Below, in pieces: positions 36,849 to 49,854 of a stretch of DNA of 64,000 bases (position 1 is the first letter of the stretch; each line of letters starts with the position of its first letter). The stretch spans positions 744,001 to 808,000 of the forward strand of contig NW_027191402.1 in NCBI RefSeq assembly GCF_041146345.1. Reading direction: 5' to 3'. A model generated the notes under the pieces. The model was not told where the DNA came from. It did no database searches and saw only the letters and a list, made by a program, of their open reading frames with translations. Origin of the DNA: Neodothiora populina (taxonomy: Eukaryota). Position numbers and translations under genes: made by a program.

Positions 36849-37360
36849 TTACACCTGCTCGGCACCCCAGCCGTCGTCGGCGCTACGCATGTTCGAGGGA
36901 GGCTGCTCAACGTCAGTACAGAATCCACAAACCAAGAAGATGACAGCTTGCGCACCTCGATGCTAGGAACGTATTCCAGAATAACGTAGGCAATGCCGAC
37001 AAACACAATGATGGATCCGGCAGTGTACTTCCACCAGTAGTCGCCCATGCAGATGCTGCCTACGAAGATATAGAATGCTCCGCGACCAATGAAGGAGAAC
37101 ATGAAGGACGCATAGCGGGCGATCTGAGGAGGTATTTGGAACTCGAGCAGAGCGTTGGCGACACCGAACAGGATGACGTAGACGGCGACGATGATGTTCT
37201 GGATGCCGATGTGAGGGAAGAATTGGCCGATGCCACCAAGGATCATGAAAACACCAATGGCCAGATTGGCAATGCGACTGCACAAGGCATCAGTATTCGA
37301 ACACGAGTCGCAATGGTCACAGCAGTCGGGCCAAGCTCACAATGCGTCAGAGAAGTCCAT
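36849..37360 (-). CDS. TVP15: Golgi membrane protein Tvp15 (COPI-associated); exons 37360-37341, 37277-36956, 36902-36849
   Basis: MDFSDAFRIANL start, ARYASFMFSFIGRGAFYIFVG, LEYVPSIEPPSNMR...WGAEQV; 4 TM helices. Confidence 0.92.
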
Positions 37361-38051
37361 TTTGCCGAAGCCGTGTAGTTGTAATCCGCGATACCGGTGT
37401 CTTTGAGGATTGTCTGTTGGACTGGGAGAGTATACTCGAGCTTCTTAATGTCAATCAACCATGCGAAAGAGATACAGAATGGCAGCTGGAGCTGTCGCGT
37501 TGCCGCAAGCGGACGCTGACGATTTCGCCAAGGAACGCAAGCTCCAGCCCGCTCCGTCATGGTTAGTGCGCCATCCCGCACCTTGCCCTCGGGGTATCTT
37601 TGTAGTCCAGGTGATGATCAGGCAGGAGCCCCTCCAATAATGTGTTACCTGTCGTTGTCATCTCGTTCAACCATCTTCTTCATCGATTCCTACATCTTTA
37701 CTCTGGCGTCTAAAGGTGTGATAACATCGTTCAAATAGTGCGATCATCGTAAAGACATGCTGAGATGCGACCCTCTCGGCCGACACTCATCGCAGCTAGT
37801 ACACCACGGAAGTCTCGCCACTTGTACAAGACTTGATCCGCCGAATGTCTCATGGATCACACATCAATCCTGAATCGAGACTCGGAATCATCTTGGTTCT
37901 TCACATTCCTATAATGCCAGATGCGACATGCCCATGAGGACACTGCGATGGAGATATTACCAACGACGAGGTTGAAATGAAATGACCAAACTACATATTT
38001 CCTGGCGTGGCCGCTGTCTGCATCAATCAGGAATATCCTGTATCTTCACTC

Positions 38052-38123
38052 GGTTGTATGGTGTAATGGTTAGCACACGAGATTCTGATTCTCGTGATCC
38101 CGGTTCGATTCCGGGTACGACCT
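38052..38123 (+). tRNA. tRNA-Gln(CUG), no intron
   Basis: GGTTGTA/TACGACC-T acceptor stem, TGGTGTAATGG A-box, anticodon arm CGAGA-TT-CTG-AT-TCTCG, GGTTCGATTCC B-box, T5 terminator just downstream. Confidence 0.96.
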
Positions 38124-38700
38124 CTCTTTTTCGTCGTTAAAAGTTGTCTCAACGGCCCGACGTAGGCATTGATTATTTTGGTGAGAATAACATTCGAGAC
38201 GGAGACTTGTGCAGGTAGTCCTTGCTATGTATCGATCAAAGCGACGCTGGATAGGTCAAAGTGTGACGATAGTAGTCCTTCGAGGATTTGGTGCACGCCA
38301 TCAAGGTAGTCAAGCAGACTGGACCATGGAGTCGTTGACATGGAAAGCCATGGGATGGGATGGATGCTATCCCAGGCATACTTTTATCAAGTAACACAAC
38401 ATGAATACTTGACAAATCAATCCCATTGTGACTCGGAGAATTGGCAGCCGGTATGCTATAGTAGTGAGCAAGATGTGGTGACAATCAGAGATAAAATGGA
38501 CATGGATGGTTATGGCGGGCAGATGATGGAGGGAGAGAGCCAAGACCTCAGTGAAAGAAAACCCCCGCAACAAGCCTCAAAAGATGATCCCACTTTGGGT
38601 TGACAGAAAGATCAAAAAACTTCTGGTTCCTTAATTCTTCCAGACCGCCGCCGCCCTTCGACTCTTATTCACAAGTCAGATCTAATTTCAAAGACACACA

Positions 38701-39780
38701 ATGGCGCCCTCAGCAGTCTCACCACAGCAGCAGCATGCCTCCATCGCCGTCGATCCCACAGTCGCTGCCCTGCGCAAGACACTGACCTCCGAATCCTCGC
38801 CGCTCGCCGCCCGCTTTCGCGCCCTCTTCTCCCTCAAGCATCTCGCCGCACTAGAGCCTGCCACCGCTCAGACCGTCCCCGCCATCGAGGCCATCGCCGC
38901 TGGCTTCGCATCACCCTCTGCCCTCCTCAAGCACGAACTCGCCTACTGCCTCGGTCAGTCTGGCAAGACTGCCGCCATCAAGCCTCTGAGAGATGCACTC
39001 GAGGACCGCGAGGAAGATGCCATGTGCAGACACGAGGCCGCCGAGGCCCTTGGCGCTCTGGGCGACAAGGGCAGTCTGCCTCTTCTGAGACAGAGAAGAG
39101 ACGACCCCAACGAGGTTGTTGTCGTCAAGGAGACCTGCGTCCTCGCTGTGGATCGCATCGAGTGGGAACACTCCGAGGAGAGAAAGAAGGAGAAGCTGAA
39201 GCAGAGGTGGGACTGAGTCTATTGAAGAGGAAGAAAGACTTCTACTGACATGCAATGCAGTGATTTTGCCTCGATTGATCCTGCACCACCAATGGCCCAC
39301 ATCAACTCACAGCCTTCTATTCCTGAGCTCGAGAAGACGCTGCTCGACACCGGACTGCCTCTCTTCCAGCGCTACCGTGCCATGTTCGCCCTACGAGACC
39401 TTTGCTCTCCACCAGACCTCCCCACCGCTGTCCCAGCTATCAAGGCCCTCGCTGCGGGACTCGACGACCCGTCTGCCTTGTTCCGTCACGAGATCGCATT
39501 CGTCTTTGGCCAGCTCTGTCATCCGGCTTCGGTCCCGGCGCTTATCCAGTGTCTGAGCAACACGGGTGAAGAGAGCATGGTTCGCCACGAGGCAGCCGAG
39601 GCCCTCGGCAGCTTGGGTGACGAGGAGGGTGTCGAGGACGTATTGAAGAAGTTCATCAACGATCCTGAGCAGGTCGTCCGAGACAGCATCATCGTCGCAC
39701 TAGACATGGCCGAGTTTGAGAAGAATGGCGAGATGGAGTATGCGACCATCCCGGTCGGCGAGGAGGTTGCGGCAGCATAG
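38701..39780 (+). CDS. LIA1: Deoxyhypusine hydroxylase (diiron HEAT-repeat enzyme); exons 38701-39206, 39261-39780
   Basis: Four HE motifs: LLKHELAYCLGQ, CRHEAAEALGA, FRHEIAFVFGQ, VRHEAAEALGS; SIDPAPP linker. Confidence 0.97.
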
Positions 39781-39896
39781 ACGAAAAAAGTAGTCTTCCC
39801 TTTAGATGCATGGGGCGGCGTTGGTGGATTCTCTTTGGGTATATGGTAGAAATGGCTAAAAAGGTCGAGATATGTAACGAAGAAAGCTTTGACGAA

Positions 39897-40348
39897 TCAA
39901 TTGTTGGTGTTCCACTTGTAGCCACATCCTTCCTTGCAAGTGTAGAAGACTGTGCTACCCTCGTCTGCGGATCGTAGCTGCTTGGTGTAGTAGAAGACTT
40001 CTTCCCTGCCACACTTGGGACAGGTCTCTCTGATCTTGGCGGATGTCTCCATGTCGTCTTCGGTCAAGGTCTGGACATCTGAACGTTTGTCTCGGAGTGA
40101 TGAAGGGAATGCGTCAGGCTTGGATTGTGTCGTGATCGTTTTTGCAGAAGCATCTGTCGATTGCAGAAAGATCCCGTCAGTCATCATACTTGAGAAGACA
40201 CTGTTACGACAGCGACATGTCTGAACAACAAACCTTTGCACTTTGCGCCGCAAACTTCGCAAACCAGAGTGGTCTGTTGCTGACCACTGCTGCTGTCCAG
40301 CAGATTACCGCAATCGGTGCAAAAGACAAGTGAGCCGATCGCAGACAT
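39897..40348 (-). CDS. RPA12: RNA polymerase I subunit A12; exons 40348-40234, 40153-39897
   Basis: GSLVFCTDCGNLL..CEVC N-terminal ribbon; CPKCG..QLRSADEGSTVFYTC TFIIS-like ribbon. Confidence 0.96.
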
Positions 40349-41005
40349 CATGAAGTGAAACGTGGGAGTCTTGGGTGTGTTGATGTAGTGAAATTAATTG
40401 CCTGACCAAAAAGCGAGACGGGAATATAAAAAGCGAGGGCTCGATATCTCACTACCGGCGGAGAATTCGGGGAAGCGCAACATTTGTCGCCAGAGGGTCG
40501 TCCTCTGTCTGTCTTGGCGTTTGTGCTCTCTTCCTCTCTCTGTCTCTACTAATATAACAATATGTCTCGGCGTAGGGTGCACAGTGCAGCATCATACTGA
40601 GACGGCTAAACCAAAGAAAAACCCTTGCCCCAGATTCTCGCAGTATTGCGTCGACGAGCGGCTAACCCTCGATATCCCACCGCCTGGCATAACTCCCGCC
40701 TTTTGATCACTTTCCAAACAACCCACCTGATTGTCCATCATCAACACGATAAACACCCGACGACATAAGCAAATCTGCCATGTCGATGGGATTATCTGGG
40801 TCGCGTAATCTTGGAGATTGTCATGATACCATCGCGCTCCTGATCTAAGCGCCGTGGGAGACCCGAAGACGGATAATCCGCAACAATCACATCATCTTCG
40901 ATGCAGCGCCTTCCCTTATCGTCTGGCACTGTCGAATAACGTAGGGGGGGGAAGGGGCCGCCTCATGGACCGTCATTACTGCAATTCCATTCTCTCTCTC
41001 GTCTT

Positions 41006-44000
41006 ATGAATCACTTCAATCCCGCTGCCTTCCCGGGCGGCGCTGCGCAGCAGAATAACATGCAAAACCAAAATGGAATCAACAATATACCCGGGCCTGG
41101 CAACGGCGCCGGTCGTGCTAATGGCATCACTGCCCCTCGCATTCCAACTGTGCATGAAGTCCTCCCTTACTCGCCGTTCAGCTCGATAACTCCCTTTTCG
41201 TCCGGTGTGTCTTTCATATCGCATACATCCATTCACTCATCCACAGGAGACTTCAGTTTCACTTCTTGGCCATCACTCGGTCTTCACTAAAACAACACTG
41301 TCGGGAATCATTGCTGACTGACTTGCAGATGTTGTGCCGCCCCCTTGGCTCGTCCCTCGTCGTCGTCTTCTGTGTTTCCTTCAAATGACCAACGTCTCTC
41401 TGCACAGCGCATGCTCGACAGTCTCAACACCGAAGCAGGAAATGCTGAACGAGCCTCTGAGCGCTTGCAGAAGACTGTAAAAGACTTGCAACAATTGCTC
41501 AGTCCGGGCAACCTGACAGTATAGTAAGTGTAGCATAGATACTTGTTAATGCTGCTTCCAGCTGTTGACACAATCTCACAGTAATTTCAAAAAGCCAGCT
41601 CGACTCGCCAACAACGTGACACGCTCCGGGGCTAGCAAGCCCAATGGTACACCTGCACATCCTACACAGCAGCCTCAGCTCACGTCATTCGCCAACATGG
41701 TGTACAATTCCACTCGTGTAGACTACCGCTATCCGACACCCGAATCTCCCTCGGTCAAACAGCGTGGAACTGCGTCTAGCGCTGCTGGATCAAAGCCAGC
41801 AATACCACATACTCGCCCTGCAGTCGCCAATGGAAGGCCAGCTGCTACCGCGCCGGCGCCTAATAGCGCCAGAGCTACCCCTACTTCATCGACTACGCTA
41901 CAATCTTTGCAACCTGCCTCTGATCCTCGTCCATCCCTCCAAAAGCGACCGTCTTCTACTTCGCAGTATAGCCAGGTTGAGGTACTCATCGAGACTCCTT
42001 CTCGTGCCTCTCAAGCACCTCGCCCGCCGGTCAATGCCAGGCATAATCCACAGACCACAGGTTATCACCATGGAGATGCGACTCATCATCATACACAGCA
42101 ACAAATGAGACCTTCACAAAGCAATGTTGCTGTTGTCATTCCATCTCGCTTAGGGGATAATGTTGGTCATGCCGTCAAAAGTTCCGTTCATACCGAAAGA
42201 TCAACTCAGCAGAAGCCTTTACCGACGAACCACTATCACGCCCATGACGAAAGACCTGCGTCTCAAACTGCGTTCAGGTCATCGCAAACCGATCTCGCCG
42301 TCGTAGTGCCCGCCGTCTTATCACAGGCGGAGAGGGCGGCCTATATTTCCATTCCAGATACGGAAAGCGCCGTGGTGATAGACAACAACAGCCTATCGAG
42401 GCCTAAAGCGCTTGCAGAAGACATACCGGAACATCAACTTACATCTGCTACGCTTGACCAGCGTGAGAAAGCGAATGGGGCGGCTTCCAGATTACAAGGC
42501 TTGATGTCTGACATCTTTGAAGCCGAAGATCAGTTGCAGCCTGATACATCTGGAGTCCAGTCCACCAATGCCGCTCATTACTTCCAGGTCGAAGACGGTG
42601 CGGATATCGAGCGACCCGTCTTGCAGCCTAAATACCAAGGCCAGCTAGATCTCTTTCTTCAGAAGGTTATCAACAGTAACCGCTTCGCAAGCATTGATGT
42701 CGAGCAGCTGGGCCGAGTCATGAAGCTCTGTGAGAACGCGATTTCTGCTGGGAGCGGAACCTCATTTCGTATCGACGAGGACTCCCTTCGAGATGGCGAT
42801 GACTGGGCGCGAAGAATGACGGCGGGTGAACAAGGCCTATATGCCTCGCGTAGTCTGCTACGAATCATGACCGCCGGAAGGGAAGAGAAGCAACTATACT
42901 CTGAAGATACTCTGAGAAATCTCCTTGACTTTTTGTCGCATGTCGTGGATACGTGCATCATACCGACCGTGGAGATGAGGCATGACATTGGAGAAGCCTT
43001 CAAATTTGCTTCTCATCAGCAAAAGTCGCTCTTGCCTGTCCTCTCACAATGCAGTCGTGTTATGAAATTACTTGGCGATTTGCTGCTCAAGACCGATGTC
43101 GATGAGAGCGCTATCAACACCGTTGAGTCTATCTGCAAAACATTAGTATTTGTCGAGAATGCATCATCAGAGAAGGATTCGGCTCTGGGCGTACAAAAGT
43201 TCGAGAGCGTTCGCTTAGCTGCAATGGACGTTCTCTCAAAGCTGTTTGCTCGTTACACGGAGCAGCGACAATTCGTCTTTGACGAAATCCTCACTTCGCT
43301 AGAGAAGCTGCCAGTCAGCCGACAGAGCGCACGTCAATTCAAAATGGTAGACGCGAAGCCTATACAGTTGGTGTCTGCTTTGCTCATGCGACTCATTCAG
43401 ACCAGTGCCACCAAACCCCCAAGGGACCAGAGGCCAATTGGGAAGGAACTGGACTCGAAAGGGGCACCAGACCAGTCCGACACCGACATGGAGGATCAGT
43501 CAGAGTACGACAGCGACTCGTCTACGATCAAGGTTACCAACAAGAAGCGAAAGAAGAGCTCTAAGAAATCCTTCGGCGCAGAAGGCGACCTTCAATCACT
43601 TGTCAATCCTCTGTACGAAGCAGCTCTCAAAGACACGTACTATGTCATAAATTACCTCCTGCAGCGCGCAATGACATCGACAAAAACTGGAGACACACCG
43701 TATAGGAACTTGCTCGACATCTTCACGGAAGACTTTCTTAGTGTACTCGGGAATACGGACTGGCCGGCAGCCGAACTACTGCTCAGGGCGTTACTATCCA
43801 GATTACTCGAAATCAGCGACAGCAAGACCAGCTCGGCCCCATCCAAGTCAATGGCCCTTGAACTGATGGGTTCTATGGCAACCAGGATCACTGCTGTGAG
43901 GCTACAGGCACAGCAAGTAGCCAGACATAATCATTCCGAAGAATCAGAAATCAGGCCTGGGCTTTTAGAACTACACGAGGGCCTTCTATCCGATGACTTG

Positions 44001-47000
44001 ACGGAAGCGGACTTGCTTGCCTTTGACGGACCATACAGAGTCGTCCTCGAGTATCTCCAGGCTCGCCACGTCAATGATACTCAGCTCCTGAGCGCCCGTG
44101 GCTACCATACTATGCAGTGGTCGAAGTTGCTGCTGAGCTTACAGAATCCATCCGCCAGTACTCGCGAAGTTGAGAAACGACTTGCTCACATGATCTGGGA
44201 TGCGCAATGGCTCGAAAACGAATATGAATTCACTCAAGTATCGACAGAGGACGGTAGATTCGCATCTTTGTTGAGTACACTCCACCTACCGTTCTGTCGG
44301 GCTTTCAACCGTATCTTTACCAAGCTGTTGAATTCGATGGCTGGTGATCAAGCTTCGTTGAGAAGTAAGAGCTTGAAGAGTATTGAGCAGCTAATCGAGA
44401 TGGACCCGTCGATGCTCGATCGCGGCAATTTTGTCATGCACAACATCACCAAGTGCCTGATGGACACGTCGACTCAAGTTCGTGACTCTGCCCTGGGACT
44501 TATTTCGAAGTGTTTGAGCCTTCGACCGCGTCTGGACACGGAATTGTGTGATCGAATCATCCAGCGATCGCACGACGCTAACGTCCACGTCAGGAAGAGG
44601 GCGATGAAGATGCTCAAGGATATCTACCTTCGCCATGACACTTTCTCGTTGAAGGCTCGCATAGCCGATGCTCTGGTCTTGCGTATAGTGGACGTCGATG
44701 AAAGTGTTGTGGACCTCGCCCGTCATACCTTTGAGGACATATGGATGTCGCCATTCTACGCTGCATCTGGTTCCAGTGGAGCAAATGTCGACGCCACCAT
44801 TCGCCTGCACGAGCAAGCTGCGCTCATTGTCAACATTGTCAACAAGAAAAGCGATAGCTCCGAGAACGTTCTCGCCGAGCTCGTGCAGGGCGTGCTGTCA
44901 CCTGAGAAATCGAAAAACGCTAAAGACAATTTCTCGGTGTGCAGGCAGATGGTCAAGACGATGTTCGAGGCCATCATTGATAGCGCAGAGCTCCCTGGAA
45001 ACCTTTCCCAGAACTCTGTTCTGCAGACATTGACGGTATTTTCTTCTGCTGATGCGAAGCTATTCATGCCAGACCAATTGCAGACATTGGTACCATACGT
45101 TAAGAACCTGACCACCGATGACAACCTCTTGACATATCGCTCTGCGATAGTTATTCTGCGCCACACTCTGCCGCACATGCGGAACCTCAACAAAGACTTC
45201 TTGGCCGAAGTGCAAATATCACTCATACAAAACTTTCAAAAGCTTCCAAAGGCAGAGTTGAGCGAGGTCGCAGCATGTTTGTGGATGCTTGATGGTGGGC
45301 TGAAAAACACCCAGAAACTCGCTAGAATCACTGGATCGGTCCTGGCACAAGTCAAGAAGTTTCAGAGTGCAGCTATCAATGATGCCACTGCTACCAAAGT
45401 CAAACGACTCACTACTATCGCCGGCGCTTTCGTCAAGGCTTTCAACCTTGACACAGACCTGCAAGCACCGGATGGTCAGCTCAAGAAAATTTTCCCCGAG
45501 TACAAGGGAAACAGTGTGGCCTCTCTCGCTGTGGACATTATATGTCCTCTCACAAGCCCTAAGCAGACTTCACAGCTCCGCGAGGCCGCGCTAGAGAGTG
45601 TTTCCATGATCTGTCAGACATGGCCGAATCAACTCATGCGTGCTGATGTTTGCAATGCGTTCGAACTTGTCTTTGCATCTGACGACCGCCAACTAGATTT
45701 CATCCTAGTGTCTGGACTGAAAGAGTTCTTCTCTTCAGGAGACAAGCCCGGAGGCGATGGCGCTGCCGTTATTGAGCTCGGCGGTGGTGTTGCTACTGGC
45801 GAGGAGAGACTTGGAAACACGTATGTCGCCACCGACCGTGATGGTGCTGCAACTTCCATTGCGCAGCGGTTCTTGCACTCCATCCTGCGTGTCTCGATTT
45901 CCTCCGCGGATGAGCTCGCCTTGATTGCGGCCCAAGTAGTGGCCAGTATCAATCGTCAAGGCCTGGTTCATCCGAAGGAGTCTGGCCCGTATTTTGTGGC
46001 TTTGGAGACATGTCCAGACAACAAGATCGCCAACGTCGCCTTCCAGGAGCACAGAGCGCTCTACAGCAAGCATGAGACCATGTTCGAGAAGGAGAATATC
46101 CGCTCCATCCAGCAAGCCTTTGAGTATCAACGCGATATCATCCACGACGCTCTAGGCTATGTAGGAAGTCCTCCTGCGGCTAAGCTGAACATGTTCTGGG
46201 AAGTCTTGAAGACCGGAACTGCAAAACCTCGTAAGAAGTTTCTTACTACCATTTGCACCAAGATGAACTTTGTGCCAGCCAAGCTTGATGTGTCCGGTGA
46301 CATTCCTACACATGTCAGTCTGGTGAGGTTCTGTGTTGAGAATCTTGCATTCTTTGACTACAGCAAGATGGATGAACTACAGCATCTTGCTGCCACGCTG
46401 GAAAGGGTTGTCTCTGATACTGGCACCGGTATCTCGCACGCGATTGAAGTTGAGCTTCTCAAGCTCCGTATTGAGAATGTGCCAATGCTCGACGTCCAGG
46501 CAATCATCGGAGATGGCGCTGCGGTGAAGCCGGAGCCCCTGCAGCAAGCTGACGACGGGCCAGACCAGAAGACGACTATCGACCCTCTGCGTCTCCGCCA
46601 GCTGACCGTGTATTCTCAAATCCTACTCTTGCTCTGGGGACTTCGCACATACCTGCGCAGATTATGGAACCTGGCCAAAGCAACAACGACCAGCCGCGGC
46701 CGCCCTCCAGCCGCCGGCAAAGACGCCCCGGCAGTCGTTCGAGCTGCCCAACGCATTCCCAATTCGGCAAACTTGACTGAGCGATTCCTTGCACGCACTT
46801 CCGAGATCGTGTCAGCACTACAGCAGGGCCAAGACAAGCAACGCGCGCTCTGTGCATCATTCGCCGAACTCATGGCCGTAGACAACGAGCTCAAAGTCGC
46901 CGCCGACGGCGCTGACGACGACTTCGAAGATACTTCACTCCAAGACACGTCCATGACCGCCCCTGGAGCGGCCAACAACAACGGCGACATCAACGGTGGC

Positions 47001-47234
47001 TACGAGACACCCAGCGAAGGATCCGTTCGAAGCGCCTCCGCCGCGCCGTCTGTGCCTGGTAGTGCCCACAAGCGAGGTAAAAAGAGAAAGAGCGTCGGAG
47101 ACTCGAGATCGGCGTCAAATACTCCCAGGAAGAAGGGCAAAGGGGCCTTTCACTCTCAGCAGCAGGCGGGTGTTAACCAGAGGAGGACGAGCAGGGATGG
47201 CGACGACGAAGATGATTTCGTCAAGTGGGAGTGA
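41006..47234 (+). CDS. SCC2: Cohesin loader Scc2/Mis4/NIPBL; exons 41006-41204, 41329-41523, 41582-47234, with an apparent 1-nt deletion at 41340-41344
   Basis: LPYSPFSSITPF N-terminal motif, EILTSLEKLP..RQSARQFK, WPAAELLL, LRSKSLKS..VRDSALGL..VRKRAMK cohesin HEAT repeat, QGLVHPKE. Confidence 0.95.
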
Positions 47235-48233
47235 GCTAGCCGGTAGAACCATCTTGTTCTCTTCGATTCGGGTGCAACGACACCATGAGAAGACGAATAT
47301 GATTCAAGGCTGCATGACATGCCGCCACACAATATAATAGTGGTAGTATCCGCCTAGAAAGCAAATATTTGTAACAGTCTAGCGTTATTATATCCTAGTA
47401 GTACGATCCCGACACCAGCTTGCGGAGCAAATCAACTCATCATCATTAATGAACGACATACAAACAACAATTGCAGCAAGGAAGGTATTCCCGAAAGCGA
47501 ACATTCAAACAGCCCATCACAGAATAAGAGTCAGATACCACACCAGCACCCTAAGGAATGCAAAGAAAAACAATTTCATATTTTCGGTATATACTCGAAG
47601 CACAAGGACAGGGTCCCCGTCCATCCAGTCGTCTTCTGCCGGCCTTTCGGGTATGTTATACAGTACGTGCAAAGCACAGAAAATGTCTAACCAGGCGTGT
47701 GGATTTCCGTCTCTTGCATACGGAAGATGGTATGCATTTCTTCTGCGAGTTTACTCTGATGTCACGACCGGTGGAGCAGCGGTATCGGTACTGGATACTG
47801 GGATATTGTGCACCCGTTACATTAACGTCACTTGTCTTGGATCTTTATTATCTACCTTATACGCAGCGATGATCAAGCACGCATCCGTCGGCCCTCTCCT
47901 GTGGATGCTTTGCTCTCATGTGAAAATGTGATTGCAGTAGCCATTTGTGATCGAGTCTGTTTGATTGGTAGAACGCGCTGTGCTGCTTATCCCGTGTTTT
48001 CGCTATTCTGTCATCCGTTGAGCAGAGATCTAATGCAGACTGCTTAGCGGAGAGAAAGAGAGAAAATCAACCCATCCTGCTTGCTTGGCATTTATCCAGC
48101 GAAACACCTCTCCAATACCATCAGACTGCTTCATCGTCGTGTGAAAACACGCGCGTATTCATTTTGTGAACGAGCACAGACGAACAGAGAGGGCGTGACC
48201 AGCTGCAGCGCAGCTCATCGTCCTGTCTTGTAC

Positions 48234-49454
48234 TCATCGATCAATGACTTTGATATGAAGAGTGTTCTTCTCATGTACTTGTTCAGCTTCGTCTTCGTCG
48301 TCTTGACCCGAGTTTGGTTCGTTCCCACAGGATAAACGCAAGGTTGAGCGTGGATCGACGGTTCGTAAGTCAAAAGGAACATGCATTCCCTCGATTACTT
48401 GCCTGGTCTTGGCCCAAGGTACACTAAAGAGGCCTGAGTTGATTTTGCACATGATTAGTTGTCCGGTGGTGATTGAGGTTTTTTCGGATGCAGTCAAACT
48501 CTCATGGTTTGTTACATCTTTAGTTTCTTCGCCGCTGCTGTTGTCCATTTCGAATGCTGCTGCTGCTGCCAATGCGCTCGAATTCCATGCTTCGATTTGC
48601 TGTAACAAGTCCAACATGGCTGGACCGGTGTTCTGCAGTATTGTGGCAGGAGAGTCTCTATTACGGCCTTTACTGACGGATGTGAAGAGACAACCTATGA
48701 AGTGACCGTTGATGTCTTCGTCCAGTTCTCCCGTTTTACCTTGGTGTCTCTTAGAGCTAGCAGATAAGCTGCTCCTATCAGACTTGGTTTTCGAAGGCGA
48801 GAGCTTAGTCTGAAATTGAAGAATTGAAGGAATGAGCAAAGCAGTGCCAGCCAATTCGGTCTTCCTGTCTTTGTGGGCCTTGCAATGTTGCAAATAGACA
48901 CAGAATGCACGAGGGTAGTGAGTTCTGAAAGCTAGCGCTATGCCTGCGCCCCATGAGCCTTCGGTGTTGCATGCGTGGATCAGTACACTCTGTGGGGGCG
49001 AGGAGAAGATGTCGCCCTTTACTTCGTGGATGTGACACCGAGCATTTGCTTCCAGAGAAATAGAAGGGTATGAAGTGTCTTGCGAGTTGGTGCTCATTCC
49101 ATCGTGTTGGGACGAAGGATAGGTTTTGTCGTCGTTGCCGCTGAGTTGAGCTGCGGTTTCGAGCATCGACTTGTTTGACAATATACTTACTTCGGATGGC
49201 TGAATTGTGTGCCCCTTCTGAATCTCTTCTCGTCGTAGAGTTATGCGACCTAGACCATCTGAGTCGTGGTCGAGATCTTGTGATTGTGAGGCAGTCACAG
49301 CTTCATTTGTGTAACTCGCACTTTCCTCTGCTGCAATTCTGGCAGACCTCCGGCTAGACTTACCACCCCCACGACGGCCGTCTGGACTATAACGAGGCGC
49401 CTTGCGAGCAGGAGCATTTGTTTCGTCGGTCAATGCAAGTTTTCGTTTACCCAT
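48234..49454 (-). CDS. POA1: Macrodomain protein, ADP-ribose 1''-phosphate phosphatase Poa1/TARG1-like, with long N-terminal extension
   Basis: KGDIFSSP..LIHACNTEGSWGAGIALAF, IGCLFTS, MCKINSGLFSVPW motifs. Confidence 0.88.
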   Translation of the reverse strand: MGKRKLALTDETNAPARKAPRYSPDGRRGGGKSSRRSARIAAEESASYTNEAVTASQSQDLDHDSDGLGRITLRREEIQKGHTIQPSEVSILSNKSMLETAAQLSGNDDKTYPSSQHDGMSTNSQDTSYPSISLEANARCHIHEVKGDIFSSPPQSVLIHACNTEGSWGAGIALAFRTHYPRAFCVYLQHCKAHKDRKTELAGTALLIPSILQFQTKLSPSKTKSDRSSLSASSKRHQGKTGELDEDINGHFIGCLFTSVSKGRNRDSPATILQNTGPAMLDLLQQIEAWNSSALAAAAAFEMDNSSGEETKDVTNHESLTASEKTSITTGQLIMCKINSGLFSVPWAKTRQVIEGMHVPFDLRTVDPRSTLRLSCGNEPNSGQDDEDEAEQVHEKNTLHIKVIDR

Positions 49455-49854
49455 CTTGTACTGCTGTTAGATGCAAGTTGGTTGACAATAGTCTGGTAGT
49501 ACAAAGCTCTACAGGGTGTTGGTGGTGGTGTTGTATATGGTAGGCAGGTTCAGAAAGTCATGATGGTGTTGGCTGTTGGGGCTCGGAAAGATTAGGAGCC
49601 AATGAGAGAGCAGAGGTTGTCAGAAGTCACGTGCAGGCACCAGAAAGTGTTGACGCTGGGGCCAAGTTGCTTTCGCTGGATTCGAAGTTCCCGAAACGAG
49701 AACGACGGGGACATTCTTGTATCGCCAGCGACGACGACGACAGACTCACACTGTGACTACGAGATCCTCTCTCTCTTCCTCTCATCTCTTCACCCCAACG
49801 TCCATTTCTCCTCGCCTCCTGCCTCTTCCGGCCACTCCGAACACACACACCGCA

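Noticed and set aside
47449..47931. 160-aa ORF between SCC2 and POA1
   Set aside because: No recognisable domain; lies in convergent 3' regions
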